DNA of 64,000 nt from a virus (IMGVR_UViG_3300033145_002563:276-64275), one strand, 5' to 3'; shown: positions 1 to 9,638, counted from the first letter of the stretch. Program-made: numbers and translations. The notes: generated from the letters alone by a model not told the origin.

Positions 1-80
1 GGCTCCCACAGCAAGCTAGCCGTCTGGCACATCAGTCTATATGTTCCTCTTCGTCTTGGCATTTCTCGTTTCCTCCTGTT

Positions 81-129
81 GTGACTACTCCGTCAGCTAA
101 AAAAGAGATAGTCTTCTCGCTGATTTCTT
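81..129 (-). mobile_element. 49-bp minimal IS200/IS605 (TnpB-type) derivative: left and right ends fused
   Basis: Minus strand reads TTAT|AAGAAATCAGCGAGAAGACTATCTC-TTTTTTAGCTGACGGAGTAGTCAC; both ends match the longer copy at 32288-32451 and the tnpB element ends. Confidence 0.75.
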
Positions 130-147
130 ATAAATATTCCTCTTTCT

Positions 148-960
148 TTATACTAACAATCCAATTACTCCACCTATAAGCCCAACTCCATACAAGATAC
201 CAATTGCTTTCCTATCTGAGTTAAACATTCTTGACAATCTATGAGACAAATGGGTAGTATCACCAATCCATGGTTTCTGTTTTCTTATAACCCTTGTAAT
301 AGTTACAAAAGTAATATCTACCAATGGAACAACTAAGATAAAAAAGTTTTTCATCCAATATATCTGATCATGACACAAACAATACCAAGCCAGTATAAAT
401 CCTATTACTGTGCTTCCACAATCTCCCATATAAATCTTAGCAGGAGGGAGATTGAAAATAAGGAACCCTGATAAAACTACTGTTAAAAATAGAATTCTCG
501 GATCTCTATACAAAGCTAACAAGAATAAGCTTGCTATAAATGCTGTTCCAGCGCCAAGACCATCCATATTGTCAATAAAATTCATAGCATTTATCAACAT
601 AACTACAAAGACTATACTAAATCCTCCTACAATCCAACTACTGCTTTCCACAAGATAAACAAAAAATATTCCCAATCCACAACTTATATGAACGACCAAT
701 CTGTATATCGGAGCAAATTCACATAGATCATCTAAGAGGCTCACCACAAAAAGAAGTACCCACAAAGAAGCAACGACAACATTTGTTTCTCTAAATATAT
801 AGAAAGATCCCAATAGAAAAACCAATCCACCAAGACTTGGGACTAGTTTATAACTCCATCTGTTGTTAACAGGTCTTTCATAGATATCTATGGTTTTTAT
901 TACATATGTAAGTATTATACTAACTACAAACAATACTACGAAAAGAGATAAATACTCCAT
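148..960 (-). CDS. wecA: MraY/WecA family (GT4) polyprenyl-phosphate HexNAc-1-phosphate transferase
   Basis: Polytopic membrane protein with INAMNFIDNMDGL, KIYMGDCGS and DTTHLSHRL motifs. Confidence 0.85.
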   Translation of the reverse strand: MEYLSLFVVLFVVSIILTYVIKTIDIYERPVNNRWSYKLVPSLGGLVFLLGSFYIFRETNVVVASLWVLLFVVSLLDDLCEFAPIYRLVVHISCGLGIFFVYLVESSSWIVGGFSIVFVVMLINAMNFIDNMDGLGAGTAFIASLFLLALYRDPRILFLTVVLSGFLIFNLPPAKIYMGDCGSTVIGFILAWYCLCHDQIYWMKNFFILVVPLVDITFVTITRVIRKQKPWIGDTTHLSHRLSRMFNSDRKAIGILYGVGLIGGVIGLLV

Positions 961-2253
961 TCAACTTCCTTTCTTCGCTTGAATACAACCTTTTCTACTC
1001 AACTCATAATATATCAACATCGACCACAACCGCTCTGAATGATCTCTTTTACTTTGCATATGTTCAGTAATAACTCGTTTTACTAACTTCTTCTCACTAT
1101 CATCATAGAATAAACTTCTCAACTCATCATTCTCTCTGAACCACTTTCCAATCGGAACTGCGAATCCTTTCTTCTTTCCACTAACAATCTTTCTATATTC
1201 AGAGAGATAGTTATCTATAACTGTCTTTAGTAAGTACTTCCTTCTCAGCCCCCATCTACATTTGTAACTAATAGGCAACGAGGCACACCAATTCATTATC
1301 TTTGTAGACATGAATGGAGAACAAATAGAGGAAGAATCAATTCCGGCCATTCGACAAGCAGTCTCAACTTTTTGTTGTTCTCTACCAAATAATTCAGTAC
1401 CAATATCAAACAACATTAACTTATCCAGATAGTTAATGCCAGACAATGAAGATACCTCTTCAAATCTTCTATCAAACAAATCAAAGGCAAACAAATCAAA
1501 GGCAATTTCCTCACCATCGAGTAAGGACGGAAACAAATGAAAAACATCTAAGAAATCCCAAACACAAACAGTACCTTCATATCCAGAAAGGAAGTATCGA
1601 TTTATCTTCGATAATCGTTCGTTTTTACTCCACCTCGGCAACTGAATAGGGGATAGCAGATCTATCATTCTACCAAAATAGTTCGCAAATAGATATCTGT
1701 CGTACCCACAAAACAACTCGTCCCCACCATCACCAGTTAATATTGAATTTCCATACTCTTTTGCTTTCTTAACTGCATAGTAAGTAGGAACCAAAGAACT
1801 ACTATAGAACCAACTTGCATATGTTTCTTCATTTATTTTATCTAAAACTTCTTTAACATGCTCTGGAGTAACAACTGTAGTATGCCATTTGTTTAAACAA
1901 CCTAACTCTTGACATATTTCCGCAGATAGTCTACTTTCATCATATTTAATATCATTCAAGGTATAACCAACACTCACAATTTCTATATTCTTATCTTCAA
2001 ATACTCGTCTTGCCATTAACAAAAGAAAAGTTGAATCAATCCCACTACTATGCAAAACAACAACAGAGGGCTTCATTTTAGATATTTTTAAACAAACCTT
2101 TTCTTGTAGTTCCTTTTTAGCTTCTTCTATAGAAATATCAATCTTATTGCAAAAAGATTTCTTAAGAGTGTTCCAATCATCTTCAGACAGTTGATTAGAA
2201 CAATAACCTAAGTAAAATACTTCAATTATCTGTTGTATTGTAAGACTAATCAT
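961..2253 (-). CDS. Asparagine synthetase-like amidotransferase, synthetase domain only
   Basis: HSSGIDST PP-loop, TGDGGDELFCGY, KKKGFAVPIGKW, ERLWSML; no N-terminal Cys-type glutaminase domain. Confidence 0.8.
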   Translation of the reverse strand: MISLTIQQIIEVFYLGYCSNQLSEDDWNTLKKSFCNKIDISIEEAKKELQEKVCLKISKMKPSVVVLHSSGIDSTFLLLMARRVFEDKNIEIVSVGYTLNDIKYDESRLSAEICQELGCLNKWHTTVVTPEHVKEVLDKINEETYASWFYSSSLVPTYYAVKKAKEYGNSILTGDGGDELFCGYDRYLFANYFGRMIDLLSPIQLPRWSKNERLSKINRYFLSGYEGTVCVWDFLDVFHLFPSLLDGEEIAFDLFAFDLFDRRFEEVSSLSGINYLDKLMLFDIGTELFGREQQKVETACRMAGIDSSSICSPFMSTKIMNWCASLPISYKCRWGLRRKYLLKTVIDNYLSEYRKIVSGKKKGFAVPIGKWFRENDELRSLFYDDSEKKLVKRVITEHMQSKRDHSERLWSMLIYYELSRKGCIQAKKGS

Positions 2254-2540
2254 ACATTTATCTTTCTCAAAGGACGAGAATCTTGTCCAACCATTCTCTC
2301 CAATCCTAGAGAAGGCTCTTCCACTTTAAGAGGATGAGATTCCTCAATAAGAGGATCCAAATCCTCAAAATCCCTCGTTGGAGGGAGGAAACCATGTTCC
2401 ACTTGAGAGATTCTAACAGAAATCGGAACCATTGGAGATTCTAGAAAATTCCATTCTAGTTCCAGAAAACTCCGTCCTGCTGCTCTATCAGAAATAAGTG
2501 TACTATAGAAATCTCCAGCTGTTGTATTACTATATAGCAT
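2250..2540 (-). CDS. Hypothetical protein ending in RPLRKINV
   Basis: ORF track; ATGA overlap with the downstream gene. Confidence 0.6.
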   Translation of the reverse strand: MLYSNTTAGDFYSTLISDRAAGRSFLELEWNFLESPMVPISVRISQVEHGFLPPTRDFEDLDPLIEESHPLKVEEPSLGLERMVGQDSRPLRKINV

Positions 2541-2775
2541 CTTTTCCTCCTAGTAAATCATCTTTCCTCTGTCTTACAACTCGAAGAAAGTGTCTGAGTT
2601 TACATAAAATAAGAAACTGATTAAATTCTTTGTGAATATTTGAATATCTCTGTAAAGTAGGAGTAGGTTTAGAAGAAGACTGTCCTACTTCTTCATATAA
2701 ATCCTTAAAGAATTGTCTTTCCTTTTCAGAACTTGGATTGTTACAAAATGGACATTCTAATTTTATCATTCGCAA
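2530..2775 (-). CDS. Hypothetical protein (CPFC)
   Basis: ORF track; in operon orientation, overlapping the next gene. Confidence 0.5.
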   Translation of the reverse strand: MRMIKLECPFCNNPSSEKERQFFKDLYEEVGQSSSKPTPTLQRYSNIHKEFNQFLILCKLRHFLRVVRQRKDDLLGGKDAI

Positions 2776-2805
2776 TCTATCTTTCTCGTTGGTGTTGGCT
2801 CTCTT

Positions 2806-3180
2806 CTAGGCAACTTCTACAATTACCTCCTTCCATCCTTCTTCTGCATCTTCAATCCAACTCAAATGTCCTTCAGACATAGCAGCATCCATAATAACTT
2901 CTTCATTGTAAGCTTGCACAGTTCTCCCTAGTAAACGAAAACTATTCTGTCCTCCGCTACTGCCCCAATGATCATAATAAACTCCTCCCTCATTGTCTAC
3001 TGCTATATCATACTGCCAACCAGGGAGATGAAAAGACGCAACAACGTTTTCTACCCTCTGACCCTCATACATGGCTACAGAGTGTTGGTCCATATTTATC
3101 TGATAACCTTTCACCTCACACACCCTTTTAAGTACATCCAAATTCTTCATCTTATATTTAAAAGTTGAAATGTGGCTCAT
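2806..3180 (-). CDS. DUF1257 / Ycf35-like protein
   Basis: MSHISTFKYKMKNLDVL start, YYDHWG and VQAYNEEV pattern; GGAGGT RBS; linked to Ycf46-like ATPase. Confidence 0.75.
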   Translation of the reverse strand: MSHISTFKYKMKNLDVLKRVCEVKGYQINMDQHSVAMYEGQRVENVVASFHLPGWQYDIAVDNEGGVYYDHWGSSGGQNSFRLLGRTVQAYNEEVIMDAAMSEGHLSWIEDAEEGWKEVIVEVA

Positions 3181-3209
3181 GTACTACCTCCTTCTACTCC
3201 TGCCTTTAT

Positions 3210-4447
3210 AATAAAATACAAAGTGAGAAGACTGCCTTTTTTAAGTAGCAGATGAATCGCTGTCCTATTAAAATAATCCTTGATTTTTACGTATAAAGGT
3301 TTTAATATGTATATATGCGTAAAACATATCAATATCGTCTCTATCCGACCAGCAATCAAAAGAAAAGGCTTCAAGCCTCGCTTGATGCTTGTCGATGGAC
3401 GTACAATAAAACGCTTGAGACCAGAAAAAAGATGTGGGAAGAAAAACAAAAATCCCTCTCGCTGTATGATACTAGCAATCTTTTGGTTCAGTGGAAAAAA
3501 GATAAACCAGACCTCACGAATGCTTTTTCTCAGTGTCTTCAGAACGCACAGCTTCGAATGGATCTGGCCTTTAAGGCGTTCTTTCGCCGTGTTAAGGCTA
3601 GTGAAAAACCCGGCTTCCCAAGATTCCGGGGTTTTGACCGATATGATAGCTTCACCTTTCCGCAATCCGGCTTCAGGGTCATTGGCGACAAACTCAGAGT
3701 TTCTAAAATTGGTTCTATTAAAATTCGGAAGCATCGAAATATTGAAGGAGCCATTAAAACCCTGACTATCCGCAGAGATGCTGTTGGTAAGTGGTGGGCT
3801 TCCTTTTCGTGTGAAGTCGAGACAAATCCCTTGCCAAAGGTTGATGCCGTAGTTGGCATCGATGTCGGTCTTGAGTCCTTTGCCACGCTCTCTACTGGCG
3901 AGAAAATCGACAATCCCCGATTTTTCCGAATTGAAGAACAAAAACTTGCAAAGGCTCAGCAAAAACTTAGCAGGACTGAAAAGGGAACGCCAGTAAGACG
4001 TAAACGACGTAAGGTAGTCACTCATATTCACAGCCAAATCACTAATAAACGCAAGGATTTTGCGCATAAACTTTCTCGTAAACTTGTAAGCGCATATCAA
4101 TTCATAGCTTTTGAAAAGCTGAACGTCAAAGATATGCGAGAAAACGGATTTAAAGGCATTAGAAAATCTATTGGAGATGTAGCGTGGGCTCAATTCATGC
4201 AATTCACGGTCTACAAAGCGGCAGAGGCTGGTAGAACCGTGGCATTTGTTGATCCTCGCAATACGAGCAAGACGTGCTCCAGATGCGGCCAGCTTGTCGA
4301 GAAAAAGCTGTCTGACCGTATACATTCTTGCTCTTGTGGTCTTGTTCTTGATCGAGATCACAACGCCTCCATTAATATTTTAGCTCTGGGGCTACAGAGC
4401 TTAGCACAAACTTAGAAGCCGTCTGCTTTAGCTGACGGAGTAGTCAC
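3210..4447 (+). mobile_element. IS200/IS605 family element carrying tnpB only (no tnpA)
   Basis: TTAT at 3206-3209; left-end motif GAGAAGACTGCC..TTTAAGTAGCAGATGAATCGC; right end GAAGCCGTCTGCTTTAGCTGACGGAGTAGTCAC ending at 4447. Confidence 0.85.
3315..4415 (+). CDS. tnpB: TnpB RNA-guided endonuclease
   Basis: TYQYRLYPT N-terminus; RuvC residues GIDVG, AFEKL and DRDHNASINI intact; CSRCG/CSCG Zn finger. Confidence 0.95.
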   Translation: MRKTYQYRLYPTSNQKKRLQASLDACRWTYNKTLETRKKMWEEKQKSLSLYDTSNLLVQWKKDKPDLTNAFSQCLQNAQLRMDLAFKAFFRRVKASEKPGFPRFRGFDRYDSFTFPQSGFRVIGDKLRVSKIGSIKIRKHRNIEGAIKTLTIRRDAVGKWWASFSCEVETNPLPKVDAVVGIDVGLESFATLSTGEKIDNPRFFRIEEQKLAKAQQKLSRTEKGTPVRRKRRKVVTHIHSQITNKRKDFAHKLSRKLVSAYQFIAFEKLNVKDMRENGFKGIRKSIGDVAWAQFMQFTVYKAAEAGRTVAFVDPRNTSKTCSRCGQLVEKKLSDRIHSCSCGLVLDRDHNASINILALGLQSLAQT

Positions 4448-4672
4448 CTACCCGCACCAACCTCCGGTACCATCACCTTCTTCAATAGTAACTTCTTGAG
4501 AAAGTTCCTCTTCATAATACTCATCAGTAAAAGACATGTCTGTCTTCTCACCAAAGAGTTTTTCAAGAAACTTAGTTGCCTCTTCGCAACTCTCACCTTT
4601 GAAACCTTCTGCTTGAACTTTTATTTCTCCTTTTGGCCCAAGCCTAACTCTGATCTGCTTGCTCATATTCAC
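4448..4672 (-). CDS. DUF2997 family protein
   Basis: GEIKVQAEGFKGESCEEATKFLE...TDEYY pattern. Confidence 0.8.
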   Translation of the reverse strand: MNMSKQIRVRLGPKGEIKVQAEGFKGESCEEATKFLEKLFGEKTDMSFTDEYYEEELSQEVTIEEGDGTGGWCG

Positions 4673-4677
4673 CTCCT

Positions 4678-6132
4678 CTAAACATTTATCTTTCTTAGTA
4701 GTTCTTCATCCAATTCAATCTTTGGTAACTTTTTAGTAGCTGGAATAGTTCTCCCTTCTGACCACTCACGGAGTCTTTTAATCTCTTCCTTCATTGTTTT
4801 TGCTTGGGGCAGAATAAAATCCCCTGCTCGATGTAAAGTCAGGTTCATCATTTTAGCTATTCTGCAACAAGCTTCAATCTCCGCTCCTGTCCAATCAACC
4901 ATATTCGGAGCCGAAGAAGGATAGAGCTCTCTTCCTCCATTAACAGATACCAATCCAACATCGTATTTCTCAGCCCAATACTTTAAAATGTCTATCTTTT
5001 CATCATCAGTGGGCAAATCAATAAAGAAAGGAGCAGTATCCCACCTCCCTGGTCTGAAATACTCAGGAGGAATACCACTTATGCTATTACAAGTACCAAT
5101 GATATACACTCCTGGGGGTCTTTCTTGCATAAACTCCAACCATCTTCCTGTAATCCTGCGGGTCACCCCACTATCCAACTCTCCAGTAGATCCGGCTCCT
5201 GCGAATTGCTTTTCAAACTCATCTACCATTACAATACAAGTACCTACAGCTTTAATAACTTTGATAGCGTTTCTAACATTGCTATCTGCCTCTCCCTGAA
5301 ACTTAGAATACATCTTACCAAAGTCAAGAATAAGTCCTAGTTTGTCTGTTTCCCCCACTAAACATTTCATAAACAAGGTCTTCCCACAACCTGGCGGACC
5401 TAAAATAAGAATTCCTCTAGCCAAAGGTGAGTTGATAGTACCAAGAACAAACTTTTTAATCTGTTCATATCCTCTAATATCCTTGAAAGTCTGCTCTGTC
5501 TCAACTACTTCTAACAATCCATTCCTTTTTACGAGAGCGGCTTTCTGTTTTGCAATTAGGTTAGGATCAAATCTCTTCTCTCTGATTAAACTTAGAGCTA
5601 AAGCATTCTCAGTTTCTAAAACCGTAAGACCTTTTGCCGCATTAACTAGTTCTCTTAATTCAATCCCTTCCGGTTTTGTTTTCTTCGCTGATTTTGCAAT
5701 AAAAGCCACTGCTCCTTCTAACTCCTCCTCACCAGGAAGATCAAACTCTACAGGCATAAAATCCTTTTCTAATTCAGCTGGGATCTTAATAGTAGGAGCC
5801 AAAACAATGACTGCCTTCCCTCTAGCTTTCCAATTCTCTACTCGGTTTTGAATATTCTGTATCGACAATGGTTTGGTAACAAACCAATGATAGTTTCTAA
5901 GAAAAAGTATCGCATTGCCTTTATGGTTATCAAGTTCTTGAAGAGGCTTATTGGGATCCGACATCTTTTTCGTACAATCCCACATGAAAACCTCCACCTT
6001 CTGTTTCTTCTTGTCTTTGTACTGATCGAAAGCAGTTTTAATTAAAGTAGTAGCCCTCCGAGGCTCACTTGTTGTAACCCAAAAACAAGAATTACCTGCC
6101 GCATAATAGTCTACAATCTCTTTACTATTCAT
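4678..6132 (-). CDS. Ycf46-like AAA+ ATPase
   Basis: Degenerate N-terminal AAA, KQKAALVK linker, GPPGCGKT Walker A, MVDEFEK Walker B, RPGRWD, IKRLREWSEGR; ends in LRKINV. Confidence 0.9.
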   Translation of the reverse strand: MNSKEIVDYYAAGNSCFWVTTSEPRRATTLIKTAFDQYKDKKKQKVEVFMWDCTKKMSDPNKPLQELDNHKGNAILFLRNYHWFVTKPLSIQNIQNRVENWKARGKAVIVLAPTIKIPAELEKDFMPVEFDLPGEEELEGAVAFIAKSAKKTKPEGIELRELVNAAKGLTVLETENALALSLIREKRFDPNLIAKQKAALVKRNGLLEVVETEQTFKDIRGYEQIKKFVLGTINSPLARGILILGPPGCGKTLFMKCLVGETDKLGLILDFGKMYSKFQGEADSNVRNAIKVIKAVGTCIVMVDEFEKQFAGAGSTGELDSGVTRRITGRWLEFMQERPPGVYIIGTCNSISGIPPEYFRPGRWDTAPFFIDLPTDDEKIDILKYWAEKYDVGLVSVNGGRELYPSSAPNMVDWTGAEIEACCRIAKMMNLTLHRAGDFILPQAKTMKEEIKRLREWSEGRTIPATKKLPKIELDEELLRKINV

Positions 6133-6159
6133 TCTTCTACCTCCTTTCAGTAAACGAAA

Positions 6160-6516
6160 TCAAATGTTTATCTTCCTAAGAGGACGAACAAATAAATCTA
6201 ACTCATTTTCTTCCCCACTCTCCTTACTAGAATGAAAAAGAAAAGGAAATCTATTTATAGCAACTTCATACGTAACATGTAAACATCTCCTTCCTTCCGG
6301 AACCTCCGGCAATTGGGAATGGCATACATAGATACGAAAATCCAAAGTGTTGTTGAATCCCTCTTCAATCCCCATTAAATGGGTCTCGTCCTCATTAAAC
6401 ACATATAACTTACTAGTAGATCTCCCTGGTTTTGTATTCCAAAAAATTATTCTAAAAGGAAAAACTATACAAATTCTTCTTCTCCTAAAGCTCCAACTTT
6501 CATTAACTGTTGTCAT
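6160..6516 (-). CDS. Hypothetical protein ending in RPLRKINI (start uncertain)
   Basis: ORF track; fills the gap between the methyltransferase and AAA genes. Confidence 0.55.
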   Translation of the reverse strand: MTTVNESWSFRRRRICIVFPFRIIFWNTKPGRSTSKLYVFNEDETHLMGIEEGFNNTLDFRIYVCHSQLPEVPEGRRCLHVTYEVAINRFPFLFHSSKESGEENELDLFVRPLRKINI

Positions 6517-7339
6517 CTTTTACCAACACCGCTCCATAAAATCCTTCAAAGTCATTCCAGGTCCAAAGCCATTTCAAGAAGAAAAAAGGATACTGATAGT
6601 AGATATCTTCATACAATACTTTCCAACCAGAATATTGAAATAATAATTTCCAATCATCTGGACACAACTCAAACAAATGAATATCCTCAGAAGAAGCTTC
6701 CCCTCTCCCCGAACGAAGATGGTGAAGGCCTACTCTACTTTTTTTTCTAACAAAGGGAACAGTAAGAACAATTTTATCAGTACAAAGACTCAGTTGCTTA
6801 AGAACCTTTACAGGATTTTCCAAATGTTCCAACACTTCAAATAGTAATACAATATCAAATTCTTCCTCCGGAAACGAACGAGAAAAGGTTTCTGCCGAGC
6901 ATCTAATAGCTTTAAGTCCTTTATCTTTTATTTTTTCTACAGCATTCGCATCAACATTGATGCTTAGATAATTTATCTTATCACAAATGCCTTTTGTGTA
7001 AAGGCAATGCGTCCCAGACGAGTCCCCAATGTCTACTATCTTTAAATCTCCTTTCAAGCCACCCAAATCGTTGTTGTAACAAGAGATCTCTGATAAACCA
7101 ATACCAAGAACCTTACATAGGGTTAGAACCTGAAAAGCATGCATTCCTCTTACATTTACCTTGAGATATTCAGTATTGAGTTCAGTCCCTGAATACTGAT
7201 CACTAATATCCGGAACTATGTCCTCCAGAAGCAAATACCAACCCCACAAGTCTTGCTTTTTCAAAGCAGCCCTGAGGGACCAAACCCTGAGGGAGTCGTG
7301 TAAGCGTTTCAACGCTGGTCTACACTGGGAAAAGATCAC
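6503..7339 (-). CDS. Class I SAM-dependent methyltransferase
   Basis: IVDIGDSSG motif I variant; FDIVLLFEVLEHLENP. Confidence 0.8.
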   Translation of the reverse strand: MIFSQCRPALKRLHDSLRVWSLRAALKKQDLWGWYLLLEDIVPDISDQYSGTELNTEYLKVNVRGMHAFQVLTLCKVLGIGLSEISCYNNDLGGLKGDLKIVDIGDSSGTHCLYTKGICDKINYLSINVDANAVEKIKDKGLKAIRCSAETFSRSFPEEEFDIVLLFEVLEHLENPVKVLKQLSLCTDKIVLTVPFVRKKSRVGLHHLRSGRGEASSEDIHLFELCPDDWKLLFQYSGWKVLYEDIYYQYPFFFLKWLWTWNDFEGFYGAVLVKDDNS

Positions 7340-9638
7340 TACTAACCCCTTGTCCTTCTAACTTCGTTTTAATATCAATTCCCGACTTAGACATATGATC
7401 CAACTCACTAAAAACTTCTTCATACACCATCAAAGTCTTTTCTACATCTCTATCTGTATGAGTAAACATTGCAAAGTGATCTCTGTTGTAAAAAATTCCT
7501 CTTTTAACAACCTCCTGAAGAAAATAATGTTGCTCAACCCCTCTTCCTTTTTTCCAAACAAATGAACTCCAAGGTCCCCCACCCTTGAGATATACAATAT
7601 CCTTTAAATTATATTTATCTATCATCTTACGAATAGTTGGGCTCAACTGCTTTCCAACTTTCCATAGTTTATCTATTACACCATGATTTTCCATGAATTC
7701 TATCGTATCTAAAGCAGCAGCAATCGATATTACTTCCCCGAAGTAGGTCCCAGAAACTTGTAGAAACTCCAACTCTTTCATTAGATCTCTTGTTCCAACA
7801 AGGGCGGCTATAGGAAACCCATTAGACATTGCTTTTGCATAAGTAGCTAAATCAGGAATCGCCTTATACATCTCCTGTCCACCAGCCATTCGATAACGAA
7901 AGCCCATAATGATTTCATCAAAAATAAGAACTACTTTATGCTTATCGCAAAGTTTTCTAACTTTTTGCAAATACTCCGTGCTTGCCAATTCTGGGCACGC
8001 TCTAGACATAGGCTCAAGAATAAAACAAGCTGGGTTCATTTCTAACCAATTCTCTAACGTAACTAAATCACCATATTCTACTTTCCTAACCCAATCACTA
8101 TAGAAAACTCCCTTACATCTAGGCCTTGGCAAAGTAGATGCATACCAATCATGCCATCCATGAAAACCGGAATTTCCAGACCAAACAATTTTACCATTTC
8201 TTCTTACTAACACAATATGATTTTTAACATTTACACAATAAACATAACCCTTATAAGGTGCCAATTTGACCTTACTATCAGTAATTTTTCTTACATTAGC
8301 AATATTAAGACGGTATACCATCTCTTTGGAAAAACCTAACCCTGAATATCCCGTTTTAGTAGTCGAAATACCTAATTTAAACAAAATCTCTTGTACATCA
8401 TCGATCAACCTCTCATTAGAAGAATAAAATCTCCTTAATTTCCCATTCTCTATCGTACCATCACCTTTAATTATAGCATCAACAAAAATAGTCAAATATT
8501 TTGGAGATAGATTTTTTATCCATTTAGGCACATATTTTTCTTTACAACCACCAAAACTTTTTAAATAAGATACAAGCTCTTTAGAATTGAAACTTATATG
8601 ATGACCATTTCTACTAGGCTTAAATCCCATCCTTTTTATAAGCAAAAATATTTCTTTATTATATTCCTCATTTTTAACATCTTGAGAAATAACAACTTCA
8701 TATCTTCCTCTACTTTGAACAATACATGATCCCTCAGATAAATACCAACCCATAAAACAAACAAAATCTTCCATTTTAAAAGATACAATGCCTTTAGTTG
8801 GCCTCGATTGGTATAACTTTGGAATATTGAAAAATTCCTCATTGCAACCATTCCATTTACCTATAGAAGTCATTTTGACAGGAGCAACTCTTCCAATTAA
8901 CTCGCTAGCTTTCATTGTTTTAAAATAATGACAACCATTTTTTCTTGTGAAACGACGATAAATATCATGTTCTGGCGTTACCATAAGATCTGTTCGTTTG
9001 CTTTTAAAATGAATCATATATCCGTTAAAATGAAACCTCACCTTCTTATCTATTTTGTAGTATTCTATATATCCTGATTCTTGATTTAATGTGGCAACTT
9101 CTTCATTATTACTCAAATGTTTAAATAGTTTAAATCCTTGAGAAGTTAAAATTTCCGTCTTATCATCATAACAGCAAACTACTCCTTCCCTTCCTGTCGT
9201 TGCTTTAGCTAACCGAACAGCAGCGGAGGTAGCATCAGATCCGTTCTTGAAAAACCTAACCATCTCAGCACAAGGTATAATATCAACAAGTTTTTCTGCT
9301 AATTCAACCTCAAATCGAGTAGGCAACGGAATCGAGGCTGTCTTTCTTTCACACTCCGCTCTTAATCTTGTAAATTCACTCCGAAGACACCAATCCCCAT
9401 AACCTAAAACTACAGGACCAAGAGCCCCGGACCAATCTACATACTCATTTCCATCGACATCAATTATATGTCCTTTATATCCATGGCTAATAAAAGCTGG
9501 GGAAACCCCCTGAATAAACCTACCATACATCTTACTCAGTGTCTGAGCACCACCAGGAATTACTTTCATAGCTCTTTTATGAAACTTCAGCGACTTTACT
9601 ACTACTCTTTCTTCTACTTCAGAAGCCCAACGAGACAT
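7320..9638 (-). CDS. Class III PLP aminotransferase (GSA-aminomutase/SpsF-like) with intein
   Basis: IPGGAQTLSK, DVDGNEYVDW, FFKNGSDATSAAVRLA, GFHGWHDW, LIFDEIIMGFR, YAKAMSNGFPI (PLP Lys). Confidence 0.9.
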   Translation of the reverse strand: MSRWASEVEERVVVKSLKFHKRAMKVIPGGAQTLSKMYGRFIQGVSPAFISHGYKGHIIDVDGNEYVDWSGALGPVVLGYGDWCLRSEFTRLRAECERKTASIPLPTRFEVELAEKLVDIIPCAEMVRFFKNGSDATSAAVRLAKATTGREGVVCCYDDKTEILTSQGFKLFKHLSNNEEVATLNQESGYIEYYKIDKKVRFHFNGYMIHFKSKRTDLMVTPEHDIYRRFTRKNGCHYFKTMKASELIGRVAPVKMTSIGKWNGCNEEFFNIPKLYQSRPTKGIVSFKMEDFVCFMGWYLSEGSCIVQSRGRYEVVISQDVKNEEYNKEIFLLIKRMGFKPSRNGHHISFNSKELVSYLKSFGGCKEKYVPKWIKNLSPKYLTIFVDAIIKGDGTIENGKLRRFYSSNERLIDDVQEILFKLGISTTKTGYSGLGFSKEMVYRLNIANVRKITDSKVKLAPYKGYVYCVNVKNHIVLVRRNGKIVWSGNSGFHGWHDWYASTLPRPRCKGVFYSDWVRKVEYGDLVTLENWLEMNPACFILEPMSRACPELASTEYLQKVRKLCDKHKVVLIFDEIIMGFRYRMAGGQEMYKAIPDLATYAKAMSNGFPIAALVGTRDLMKELEFLQVSGTYFGEVISIAAALDTIEFMENHGVIDKLWKVGKQLSPTIRKMIDKYNLKDIVYLKGGGPWSSFVWKKGRGVEQHYFLQEVVKRGIFYNRDHFAMFTHTDRDVEKTLMVYEEVFSELDHMSKSGIDIKTKLEGQGVSSDLFPV
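8172..9173 (-). mobile_element. Intein (334 aa) with LAGLIDADG homing endonuclease
   Basis: Starts CYDDKTEILT, ends VRRNGKIVWSGN, +1 residue Ser; GWYLSEG and AIIKGDG helices; exteins rejoin as GVVC-SGFHGWHDW. Confidence 0.92.

Noticed and set aside
3177-4361. 394-aa minus-strand ORF
   Set aside because: Antisense shadow of tnpB with no recognisable motifs; it crosses the element boundary
3210-4447. IStron (group I intron plus tnpB) interpretation of the tnpB elements
   Set aside because: Both tnpB elements are intergenic and leave no room for a ribozyme core between the left end and the ORF
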